In this document: positions 1-8,209 of the stretch, piece by piece | How positions within the stretch are numbered: the first letter of the stretch is position 1 | How the letters are laid out: every line of letters starts with the position of its first letter | Assembly: GCA_013204385.1 (NCBI GenBank) | Contig: JABMNY010000029.1 | Coordinates: 1 to 52,815 of the forward strand | DNA length: 52,815 bases | Direction: 5' to 3' | From: Candidatus Uhrbacteria bacterium | Lineage (GTDB): Bacteria; Patescibacteriota; Patescibacteriia; UBA9934; GWF2-40-263 | Translations under genes and position numbers: made by a program | The notes under the pieces: model-generated | What the model saw: the letters and a program-made list of their open reading frames with translations, nothing else | Told to the model about the DNA's origin: nothing | Databases searched by the model: none

Positions 1-76
1 CCCGCGCTCGCATCAGCTACCCGAGTGGGTTGCTGAGCGAAGCGCGGGAGAGACGTCGCTCACCGTAGGAGCGACG
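1..76 (-). repeat. Conserved double-hairpin 3' element downstream of high-GC gene (copy 1)
   Basis: Long stem cccgcg...cgcggg (1-48) plus hairpin cgtcgctc/gagcgacg (54-76). Near-homologous to 26188-26263. Confidence 0.75.
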
Positions 77-86
77 CTTCGTGCGA

Positions 87-1153
87 TCAGCCGGCGGGGC
101 TGGTCGCGGAGTTGTCGGCGCCGTCCGAGGTGGACGGCGGGTTGTGGATGGGGTCGTCCGCCGACTCAGGCGAAGCGGCGGCGACAGTGTCGTCGTTGGG
201 GTCCATGGAGGCGGCGTCGGGAGTGGTCCAGATGTTCATCGCCTCACGGTACTTCAATTCGACCTCATTCATCCTGGCCGCAACGGCTTCCGGATCGGAA
301 TCGCCGAAGGTCGCCTGGAGAGAGCTCATGGTGTTGTCCAGCGCACGGCGCTGGATGTCCATCATGGCACTGGCCTCGACCAAGACCTGCTCGGTGATCT
401 CGGGGATCATCTCGCGCACCTGCTTGGCGAGCTCGTCGTTGAGCAGGTCGGCGAAGGGAGACATGTGGTACGACAGATAGCTGACCAAGAGGGCCTTCTT
501 TCCATCGACGCGATCGCGAGCGACGTCGAAGCGCACACCCTCGTGCTCCGAAGGAACACAAAAGGCTTCTGCGCTGGACATGTCCATCAGAGCATTGACA
601 AGATCACCAATCCGTCCAGAGAGAGAGAACCCGCAACCGCAATTGGAGACACCACGAACCACAAGGGTCCGCGGATCTGCCACCTCGACGGTCTGCAGCA
701 CGGCAGTAGCGAGAGAACCCTCGATCATCTGGGAGACGACCTCACGAGTAATGAACTTGATCACCTCGCGACGCGGGAAGGTGCGCAGGGCGGTGGTGTA
801 GCTCTCGAAGTAGGCCAGGAGGTCGACGAGGTCCGTGAGCCACATCATGAGCGATCGGCGCTCATGGGTGGCGGTACCTTCGGGGACGTCGGTCAGGACC
901 AGACCTTCTTGGTCGTCGATCTTGAACTCGTACTTGCCCAGTCGCGGGGTGAAGCCGGCGCTCCTGAAGTAGTCCTCGGGGGACTGCTTGAGGCGAACGT
1001 CTCCGACGCTGGTATTGCACATGTACTCGACCGTATCGCCCTCACCCTCGCTCACCACGATAGTGAAGAGGATTGCAGCGTCGCGCCAGCTCTCGGCATG
1101 ACGTAGGCGGGGGTCTCGGGGTTGGCGTTGGTGGCGCCGTTGGGGGATGTCAT
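87..1153 (-). CDS. High-GC hypothetical protein with an apparent frameshift near codon 20
   Basis: Long open frame 87..~1095 with C/G-ending codons. The likely start is ATG 1153 with GGAG RBS at 1159-1162 (MTSPNGATNANPETPAYVMP), one base out of frame with the main ORF. The track's TTG start at 1247 is the -35 box. Confidence 0.65.
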
Positions 1154-1218
1154 CAGGACTCCAGTGTGGCGGAATGTGAAAGGAGCGAACCAGGTGCCAC
1201 AAAACCCAGAACTTGAGG

Positions 1219-1247
1219 AAGATACGCTTTATCTGTTTTTTTGTCAA
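1219..1247 (-). promoter_or_regulatory. Sigma70-type promoter of the high-GC gene
   Basis: TTGACA (1247-1242), 17-nt spacer, TATCTT (1224-1219). Confidence 0.65.
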
Positions 1248-1519
1248 TGTAAATAGAAAACCTGTACTAACGATCTCAGACGAGTTGTCGATTCTTCTTA
1301 GTAACCCTCGAGGAAATGTCGTCGTTGTAGGGTAAAAGGAACTGGATCGACTTCGTTATGAGACAATTTCGCAATAGCAGGATAAAAAATCACAAAACAA
1401 AGTAATTACGTTCGATTTGAACACTTGTGTTATGGATAGATGTCCTATATAAGTAGATTGGTTTGAATGTTACTACAACCTGAATCACCAGGACGTAGGC
1501 AAAATCAGTAGGGGAATAT

Positions 1520-2056
1520 ATGCTTCGACCGGCAACAGCTGTTCTCAACAACGCTCGAGACCTAGAAGAAACCGATGGTATTTGGGGAGATGGATGCGGT
1601 TGCACAGGAAACACTTCAACGCTTACTGGAGACATCACCAAACTCACAGGCTGTCTCTCTCCGTTGGATGGAGCTGTGCACCCAGACCTCTCTGGTAATG
1701 TTGATAAGATTCGTGGCGACATCACCAATTTGAGGGGGCTCATTCCACAGCTCAGTGGTGAGTACATATTCACCGGTCATGGCGGCGATGTTCAACTTCT
1801 GGGAATCATCGAAAACGAAGTGGACCTAATACTACATGAAACGGTAGATCTTCCTCTAGCTGAGTGGATTTTGAACTACGTCATAGACTGGTTCCTCTCT
1901 CATCCAGAAAAGGATTCGGAGCATGAGGGCACCTACTCACCAAGTACATTTATCGGCATCCTGAACAAATACGGACTGAAAGAATACTTCCGAGAAATGA
2001 TTCCAAGCCTCAAGCTTTCTGTACCTGAAGAGGTTCTCGAAGCTCTCAACGAGTAA
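1520..2056 (+). CDS. Hypothetical protein with short GDIT/LxG-type repeats
   Basis: 178-aa ORF preceded by a purine-rich RBS (aggggaa). Repeated LTGDITKLTG and IRGDITNLRG segments. Confidence 0.65.
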   Translation: MLRPATAVLNNARDLEETDGIWGDGCGCTGNTSTLTGDITKLTGCLSPLDGAVHPDLSGNVDKIRGDITNLRGLIPQLSGEYIFTGHGGDVQLLGIIENEVDLILHETVDLPLAEWILNYVIDWFLSHPEKDSEHEGTYSPSTFIGILNKYGLKEYFREMIPSLKLSVPEEVLEALNE

Positions 2057-2159
2057 CCTCTACGCGGAGTCACATCTTCCATATGATGGATTGTTGGCTC
2101 TTTTTTCTTACATTGATCTTTCTGAATCTGTCCTGTATTCTTCCTTTCACTGTTCAACT

Positions 2160-2235
2160 GGGCCGTTAGCGCAGTTGGTAGCGCGCTTCCATGGCATGGA
2201 AGAGGTCATCGGTTCGAATCCGATACGGTCCACCA
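2160..2235 (+). tRNA. tRNA-Ala(GGC)
   Basis: Cloverleaf with anticodon arm cttcc-atGGCat-ggaag, G3:U70 pair, GGTTCGAATCC T-arm and encoded CCA. Confidence 0.97.
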
Positions 2236-2268
2236 AAAAGACTCCATCAATTGATGGAGTCTTTTTTT
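2236..2268 (+). terminator. Rho-independent terminator
   Basis: aaaagactccatc-aatt-gatggagtctttttt. Confidence 0.8.
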
Positions 2269-2340
2269 GTTCAGAAAGTTGCATCAGTTAATGCTTTTCG
2301 CTAAGGTTTCATCCTCCTCCCTGAGACCTAGGAAGTATCC

Positions 2341-3465
2341 ATGACTCCGAACGAAGCGTATTGGCAGTTGCTCTACCATGTCGGTGAAGTTCACCTCTGG
2401 GACGTCAAAACGGCCAGAACTCTGGAGCGAATCCTCGCTCAGCACAAGGAAGGGATTCTCCATCTCCTCGAATCCCCCCTCGTTCGTCGACTCACCGGCC
2501 TTGCCCAGATGGGTGTGAAACTCATTGCTGGGCGATTCGTCACACAATACCACCGCTTGGCACACTCGAGCCACGTCGGTGTCATCGGAGGAACTCTCGC
2601 ACTTCGCCTGAAGGCATCCGATCAGGAAACCCTCACAATCCTCATCGCCGGTCTCCTCCATGATCTTGGGCACTCCGCCTTCGCACACGATGGAGAGCGT
2701 GCCCTGAAATGGGAGCGCAACTGGTGTCACGAACGTGCGGGCAAGCAGAAGATCCGCGAAGACCCACAGATTCGACAAGCTCTCGAATTGATGAATATCG
2801 ATCCCGAGATGGTCATTCGCATCATCAGCGAAGAAGGACGCTTGGGAATGATCCAGAACATCGCAGACACGCTCGCATACATCCTCGACGATGGGCGACT
2901 GGCAGGGGTTGAAGCCAATCAGGATCTCGTCCAGAGAATTGCAGAGAGTTTCCTGAGTCTCGATCTCGAGCGCGGATTTCAGGTCCGGGATTCAGGACCC
3001 CTTCAGGAACTCCTCGACCATCGAGCGCGGTTGGGAGCGGAGATCTACCATCTGTTCAACAACCAACTCATTCAGAAGTCGCTTCTGCATCTCCTGTTCG
3101 ATGCCATCCGTTCTAGAAGGCTTAGTCTGGATCTCATTGAGACTGGCGTGGACGCGCAGGTGAGACAGATCCTCGACGACACCTACCGTGACCATGACGA
3201 TGAACGCCTTCGATCCATCCACCGGATCCTGTGTGGTCATGTCGCAACTGAACTCTCTCAACACTGGAGTGCTACCATCCACCCAAACGGGGTACAGGGT
3301 GGGGGGAACGACGGAACTCTCCGGTACAACATCTTCGATCTGGGATTGCATCTCAAAGGCAAGGAAATTCCTGTCACAATCGAAGGGGTACCACGCAGAC
3401 TCCACACAATACCCTCTGCAGAACAACTCTCCAAAAGCACGAGGGTTTTCACCTGGATTGGATGA
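2341..3465 (+). CDS. HD-domain phosphohydrolase (dNTP triphosphohydrolase/SAMHD1-like family)
   Basis: Motifs RRLTGLAQMG, HRLAHS, GLLHDLGHSAFAH, CHE, IADTLAYILDD. Confidence 0.85.
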   Translation: MTPNEAYWQLLYHVGEVHLWDVKTARTLERILAQHKEGILHLLESPLVRRLTGLAQMGVKLIAGRFVTQYHRLAHSSHVGVIGGTLALRLKASDQETLTILIAGLLHDLGHSAFAHDGERALKWERNWCHERAGKQKIREDPQIRQALELMNIDPEMVIRIISEEGRLGMIQNIADTLAYILDDGRLAGVEANQDLVQRIAESFLSLDLERGFQVRDSGPLQELLDHRARLGAEIYHLFNNQLIQKSLLHLLFDAIRSRRLSLDLIETGVDAQVRQILDDTYRDHDDERLRSIHRILCGHVATELSQHWSATIHPNGVQGGGNDGTLRYNIFDLGLHLKGKEIPVTIEGVPRRLHTIPSAEQLSKSTRVFTWIG

Positions 3466-3515
3466 GTCTCAACACGCAACATCGTAGGATCCTCCTACGA
3501 TTTTATTATCCAAAG

Positions 3516-3544
3516 TAAAACACCCGTCGTCGACGGGTGTTTTT
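3516..3544. terminator. Bidirectional terminator between convergent genes
   Basis: taaaacacccgtc-gtc-gacgggtgtttt. Confidence 0.8.
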
Positions 3545-3546
3545 AT

Positions 3547-5916
3547 CTATTCTTCTATGGCCTCTGGAATACGTGTTGAAATCTGTCCCGTGGATAACCG
3601 CTCAAGTCGTGAACGTACAAGCTCATTGTTTGGATTGAGCTGAAGAACAATCTCGATCTCCTGAACAGCTTCTGCAATATCCCCCTCCTGTTCATAGATG
3701 GAGGCCAGGAACCAGTGTGCATTGGAATAACTTGGCATGAGTTTGATGGTATGTAGAAGCGCAGATTTTGCTCGATCTAAATCTCCTGTTTGATTGCGTT
3801 GCAAATAGAGCATGCCAAGCTCAAAGGCAACACCTACATCGAACTGATTATACTGGGCGACACTCTCCATCTTTGTGATCGCATCAATCATCCGACCTTG
3901 GCGTTCATAAGTCACCGCAAGTTGAAAATGCGCAGGCGCATAATTTGGTTTTAATTCAACCGCCTTTTCAAACGCCGTCTCTGCCTGATCAAGCATCTGC
4001 GTAAGTGTCTGCTGGGCCTTCATTGCAATGTCCGTGTTGGAACTTAGAATCAGCGGGCGTGTATGCTCTGCAGCCGCCAAGTATGTCTTTCCAAGCTCCG
4101 TCCAATTGGAGGGGTTCATCGGTTCGAGTTCTATTGCTGTCTGATAGCTCACAAGAGCAAACTCGGAAGCCTCCCCCAGTACTGGAATCAACTCTCTATA
4201 GATATGCCCACGAGACAACCAGTTCAATACATTATGCGATGAAAGAGTCGTTGATTTTGCAACCGCATTTACGGAAGCAGCGGCAAGCGACTGAATGTAC
4301 TGTGTTGATTCATCTGTGAGCGTATCGATTGAATTCACTCCCGACAATTCTTCATCGAGACGAAGTAGTAGCGCTTCTCCAAGATTTCGATAATACGTAT
4401 CAAGATGAGAATTCAGCATACTCGCCCGATCAAGATACCTCACTACCTGTTGCAGATCCCCTTCGTCACGATCAATTTCAATCGCCTGAGCAAAAGCAAT
4501 CTCCGCTGTATAGCGCTGTGTCATGACAAAGATTCCAACAAGAAAGACAATTGATAGCACTGTGAATACACTAGAAATGACGAGTGAAATTCCTGGGACT
4601 TTTTTAAGAGTTGTATTCCACTCCTTGCGCAAGACTTGTGAAGCAAGCAGGCCCGAAAAAATTCCAAAACTCACAACGAGGGTCATATTCCAGGAAACAA
4701 GAAATCCGCTGACGATAAGTGTAAGCCATGGAGTTAGGTGAACAAAACTCTCAAGCCACTCATCCCGAGATGAAGGACGTATTACCTGTGTCAAAGATCG
4801 ACCCAAAAGAAAGAGGATGAACAAGGCGAACATTCCGACACCAAACAACCCGATCGTTGGAACCAAGGTGAGAAAATAACTTGAACCTCGATCAAACCGT
4901 GTGTTCCAAAAATCAGTCTCATTTAAATTCACGTTTCGAAACTGACTGAAATCAAATGTATAGGTTCCAGGACCTGATCCAAACGCAGAAGAAAAAGTCT
5001 CAAGCGTCTGTGTTGCCACACTCCTCGAAGCTTCCCCATTGAGCGTAATCTCAAGTGGAATAGAGAAAGATGTAATTCCAGGAAGAACAAACCAAAATAG
5101 AACAGCAAGAACCAGTAGACACATGGGCCAGATAAGTCGTGCGTGACTTGGAAAATCTTTTGCTCGAAAGACGACAAATGAAAAAAGTATTGCAAGCGAT
5201 GCCATCAAAAGCGCCCAAAGTCCCCCATCGTCAAGAACAAGTAAGAAGAATAACGTTGAACAAGAGAGAAAAAAGATGAGAATCTGCTCAATCACACCAA
5301 GCTGCTTGTCATAAAGCAGTGAATCCCCTTTTTTGTGAGCAAGAACTGTTCCGAGGGAAAAACTGTGAGAAACAATGAGAAATGTCGTGAGTGCTGTAAG
5401 CGTTCCAACAGTATTTAACGTGAGAGAAGGAGCAAGAGCGGTTACGACATGAACCCCAAGAATTTCCAGCACGGCAATAAACGCGACAAGAGAAGAGGAT
5501 ACAAGAAGTGTGAGATGAATTTGCTGATGCTGTTTGCGTTCCCCCATGGTATTTGTGAGCAAATAGATCAGCAACGCAATTGCACCAACTGTGAGCACGC
5601 TCATATATTCTTGACGATGCGCGCCGACCCAAGAAAGATACGGAGCCACAGAGAAAATAGCAGGAAGGACAAACGCAGAAAGAATCAGTAATGGCAAAAC
5701 ATTTACCCAACCAGATCGCACTCGAACATGCTTAGTAAGAAGCATTGATCCCAACCAACACAGAGCTGCCGCACATGTCAGAACAACGAGAAGCGTCTGC
5801 TTGTTAATCTCTAGTGGCTCCAGCGTGACCGGTAAAAAAAAGAGCGGCATCAAAAAAATCAAAATCATCAGCAGTCCCCGAGCCGCAGAAAGTACGTGTT
5901 GTCCTCCATGTTTCAT
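3547..5916 (-). CDS. Polytopic membrane protein (O-antigen ligase-like) with C-terminal TPR repeats
   Basis: Many hydrophobic segments, GSGPGTY loop, TPR-like C-terminus (AIELEPMNP, AVELKPNYAPAHFQLA). Confidence 0.8.
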   Translation of the reverse strand: MKHGGQHVLSAARGLLMILIFLMPLFFLPVTLEPLEINKQTLLVVLTCAAALCWLGSMLLTKHVRVRSGWVNVLPLLILSAFVLPAIFSVAPYLSWVGAHRQEYMSVLTVGAIALLIYLLTNTMGERKQHQQIHLTLLVSSSLVAFIAVLEILGVHVVTALAPSLTLNTVGTLTALTTFLIVSHSFSLGTVLAHKKGDSLLYDKQLGVIEQILIFFLSCSTLFFLLVLDDGGLWALLMASLAILFSFVVFRAKDFPSHARLIWPMCLLVLAVLFWFVLPGITSFSIPLEITLNGEASRSVATQTLETFSSAFGSGPGTYTFDFSQFRNVNLNETDFWNTRFDRGSSYFLTLVPTIGLFGVGMFALFILFLLGRSLTQVIRPSSRDEWLESFVHLTPWLTLIVSGFLVSWNMTLVVSFGIFSGLLASQVLRKEWNTTLKKVPGISLVISSVFTVLSIVFLVGIFVMTQRYTAEIAFAQAIEIDRDEGDLQQVVRYLDRASMLNSHLDTYYRNLGEALLLRLDEELSGVNSIDTLTDESTQYIQSLAAASVNAVAKSTTLSSHNVLNWLSRGHIYRELIPVLGEASEFALVSYQTAIELEPMNPSNWTELGKTYLAAAEHTRPLILSSNTDIAMKAQQTLTQMLDQAETAFEKAVELKPNYAPAHFQLAVTYERQGRMIDAITKMESVAQYNQFDVGVAFELGMLYLQRNQTGDLDRAKSALLHTIKLMPSYSNAHWFLASIYEQEGDIAEAVQEIEIVLQLNPNNELVRSRLERLSTGQISTRIPEAIEE

Positions 5917-5939
5917 ACGAGGGTATTATAGCGCATTCC

Positions 5940-5968
5940 TTGACGAAAGACGTTATCTTTTGTAGATT
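5940..5968 (+). promoter_or_regulatory. Sigma70-type promoter upstream of the alphaCTD-repeat gene
   Basis: TTGACG, 17-nt spacer, TAGATT. Confidence 0.55.
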
Positions 5969-6117
5969 GATCTCTGCTTACATGAGCAGAAACAAAGCCG
6001 ATGTCTGCGATAACCGGACGTCACGATGTGCTTTGTCGTTCTCTGCGCTAACCGGAGAACAAGGAATCGATCCGAACAATCCAAAAAGACGGCGTTCATC
6101 GTCGCAACAAGGTAGTC

Positions 6118-7665
6118 ATGACCAAAACTGACACACACAACAAACCAACCCCAAGTCAGCGAGTGATTGGCCTACTCGCCTCCATCACACAACTCGTCAA
6201 CAACAACACTCTGCCACGACCGGAACTCGAAACGCTCTCCCGAGCCCTTCAGCTTGCCAAGGAACACAAACTCGGACACGTCATCGAACGATCTGAGTCG
6301 ATGCCAAGCACGACTGAACGGCACAGGCTCCTGAGCGAGCAAATCGCGAACCTCACCTGTCTTTCGCCCAAGCAGAAAAAATACTTGCGCGAACGTGGTA
6401 TTCGTTATGTGGGCGAGCTCTACTACGTGCACTTTGATGCGCGAAGTCGATTCGCGACCGAGGCCAAGAATGGAATCCTTGAGGCACTCAAGACCTTCCT
6501 GGGACTCCCTCTAGAATTCGATCCACTCACCGATGGTTGGATACCACCCTACTGGTCGACCCCAGGCTTCCTGGAAGCACTCAGTGCTCCGGTCATCGAA
6601 ATCTTGGGCGACAGGCCCTCTCGCTACTTTGGTTTCAGACCTCGGCGAAGCGAATTCAATGGCTATACCTCCGAAGCGCGCTGGGTCCACAAGCGTGGAA
6701 TCCACTACATGGGAATCTACTTGGAGAATCTGCGTGGAGCCACCTCGAACACGGCTGGAAGTCCAGTGAACGGTTGGAGCGTAGGAAAACTCAAAGATCT
6801 GCAGGGGAAGCTCAATCAATCGCGCCGCCTTTGGGCAGCCGTACTCGTCCCGCCCTACTGGCAGGCTCCTGAGGGTGTGCCGGAAGTTTGGACACGCCTC
6901 CACGAAGACGAGATCCTCCCGGCCATCAAGGCAGAGGAAGATCGAGTACGCCTTGCAGAAGAACGCAAGCGTAGCTTTGCTGCGTGGCAGGTGCGACAGT
7001 CTCGACACGAAGCGCAATTCGCACGCGGTAACCCGGTCATGTTCGACTTCCTTGCTTCCGACCTCGCTCTTGCGAGACCGATCATGGAGCTCTGTGATGT
7101 TCTGTGGCCAGACGAGCCGGTCTTCCTGACAAGAATGAACGAACTCGGTGTCACAACACTGGGCCAAGTTCTGCAGTTGAGTAAGGAGGAGGTCCATCTC
7201 CTTATTCGCAAGACGATCCGTGATGATGTAGCCACCTCGTACTACTACGCCCGTTTCGCAGAGTGGTTGCATGATCAAAGTGGGCTTCTGCATCCTGTCG
7301 CTCTCAAGCCAGAAGATGCAGACAACCACCCGATTCCACAGTGCATCATCGAGCACCGTGTCTATCTCCAAGAACTCAAGTCAGGATTGTCTGCAGGCAC
7401 TGACGCAATCGTCGCCAGCAATCTAAATAACCTGAACAAGAGGATCGATGAGCTCGAGCTCTCAGTACGCACGGCCAACTGTTTGCAGAACGCACACATC
7501 GAATATGTCTGGCAACTCTGTGAATATACGGAAGCTCGACTACTCAAGACCAAGAACTTCGGTCGCAAGAGCCTCAATGAGAGCAAGGAGATTCTTGCAG
7601 AGCTTGGCCTCAAGCTGGGTATGGAATTCTCCGAGCAGGCACGAAGCCTGCTCTCCACCCACTAG
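6118..7665 (+). CDS. Protein with an RNA polymerase alpha C-terminal domain and degenerate alphaCTD-like repeats (not RpoA)
   Basis: C-terminal [25 protein letters not shown]...[17 protein letters not shown] is a clear alphaCTD. No alpha N-terminal domain is present. Confidence 0.8.
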   Translation: MTKTDTHNKPTPSQRVIGLLASITQLVNNNTLPRPELETLSRALQLAKEHKLGHVIERSESMPSTTERHRLLSEQIANLTCLSPKQKKYLRERGIRYVGELYYVHFDARSRFATEAKNGILEALKTFLGLPLEFDPLTDGWIPPYWSTPGFLEALSAPVIEILGDRPSRYFGFRPRRSEFNGYTSEARWVHKRGIHYMGIYLENLRGATSNTAGSPVNGWSVGKLKDLQGKLNQSRRLWAAVLVPPYWQAPEGVPEVWTRLHEDEILPAIKAEEDRVRLAEERKRSFAAWQVRQSRHEAQFARGNPVMFDFLASDLALARPIMELCDVLWPDEPVFLTRMNELGVTTLGQVLQLSKEEVHLLIRKTIRDDVATSYYYARFAEWLHDQSGLLHPVALKPEDADNHPIPQCIIEHRVYLQELKSGLSAGTDAIVASNLNNLNKRIDELELSVRTANCLQNAHIEYVWQLCEYTEARLLKTKNFGRKSLNESKEILAELGLKLGMEFSEQARSLLSTH

Positions 7666-7791
7666 GATCTGAGCTCACACGAGACTCAAACCCAAACGCC
7701 CGTGATCACGCATCACGGGATTTTTATTAAAACCGCATTTAAGTCAACCAGGTCGGAAGCGAAGCTTCCGACCTGTAAGGTTTTTGTATAC

Positions 7792-7823
7792 AAAAACCGC
7801 GCATGTGGGGACGCGGGGTTTTT
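7792..7823. terminator. Terminator-like hairpin
   Basis: aaaaaccgcg...cgcggggttttt. Confidence 0.55.
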
Positions 7824-8156
7824 GCTCTTTAATTGTGTTGATCCCGTTGGGATCTCATTTGCATCCAGGCAAAAGCAACTTCGCCTGAGCGCAAATGTCT
7901 TCCTTGTCACTGACGCAAGGTGTTCGATTGTACATCTCATACCGTTTGCGTACGGTCACAGGGCAAGCATGGACCCCGCCGGTGGTCAAAGATCTTCGTT
8001 AATCTACCACTCTGAAAGCCGCAAGGCGCCTCCGGCTTCTTACATTGATAAACCATGAACATCACAGACCACCAGCGGGGTGGACCCCAAGTGCGGACCA
8101 CTGCTGTCCTCCTTAATAGAAGGAAAGAAAGGTCCGATGAAATGGATTGAAAGAGC
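7824..8156. ncRNA. Candidate structured RNA (unassigned), interrupted by MITE copy 1
   Basis: End-to-end complementarity gctctttaat/attgaaagagc with several nested hairpins and no convincing long ORF. Confidence 0.35.
7974..8080. mobile_element. MITE copy 1 (107 bp)
   Basis: 14-bp terminal inverted repeats CCCCGC(C/T)GGTGGTC, flanking 4-bp direct repeat TGGA (7970-7973 and 8081-8084), central palindrome aagccg..ggcgcc..cggctt. Confidence 0.85.
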
Positions 8157-8209
8157 GTTTTGGCGTGTAGGAGTTGTGTAGACGAATGAACGCCAATGAC
8201 TGTGGTCGA

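Noticed and set aside
1-76. Integron attC site interpretation of the 3' hairpin element
   Set aside because: It lacks the RYYYAAC/GTTRRRY core sites, the genes have their own promoters, and no integron integrase is present.
81-1106. 341-aa plus-strand ORF
   Set aside because: It is the antisense shadow of the high-GC minus-strand gene. The promoter, RBS, codon bias and 3' element all support the minus strand.
7713-7940. tmRNA tag region or 75-aa ORF (GCA AAT GAG resembles a resume codon context)
   Set aside because: There are no tRNA-like ends and no Ala-Ala-stop tag terminus, and the ORF runs through a terminator hairpin.
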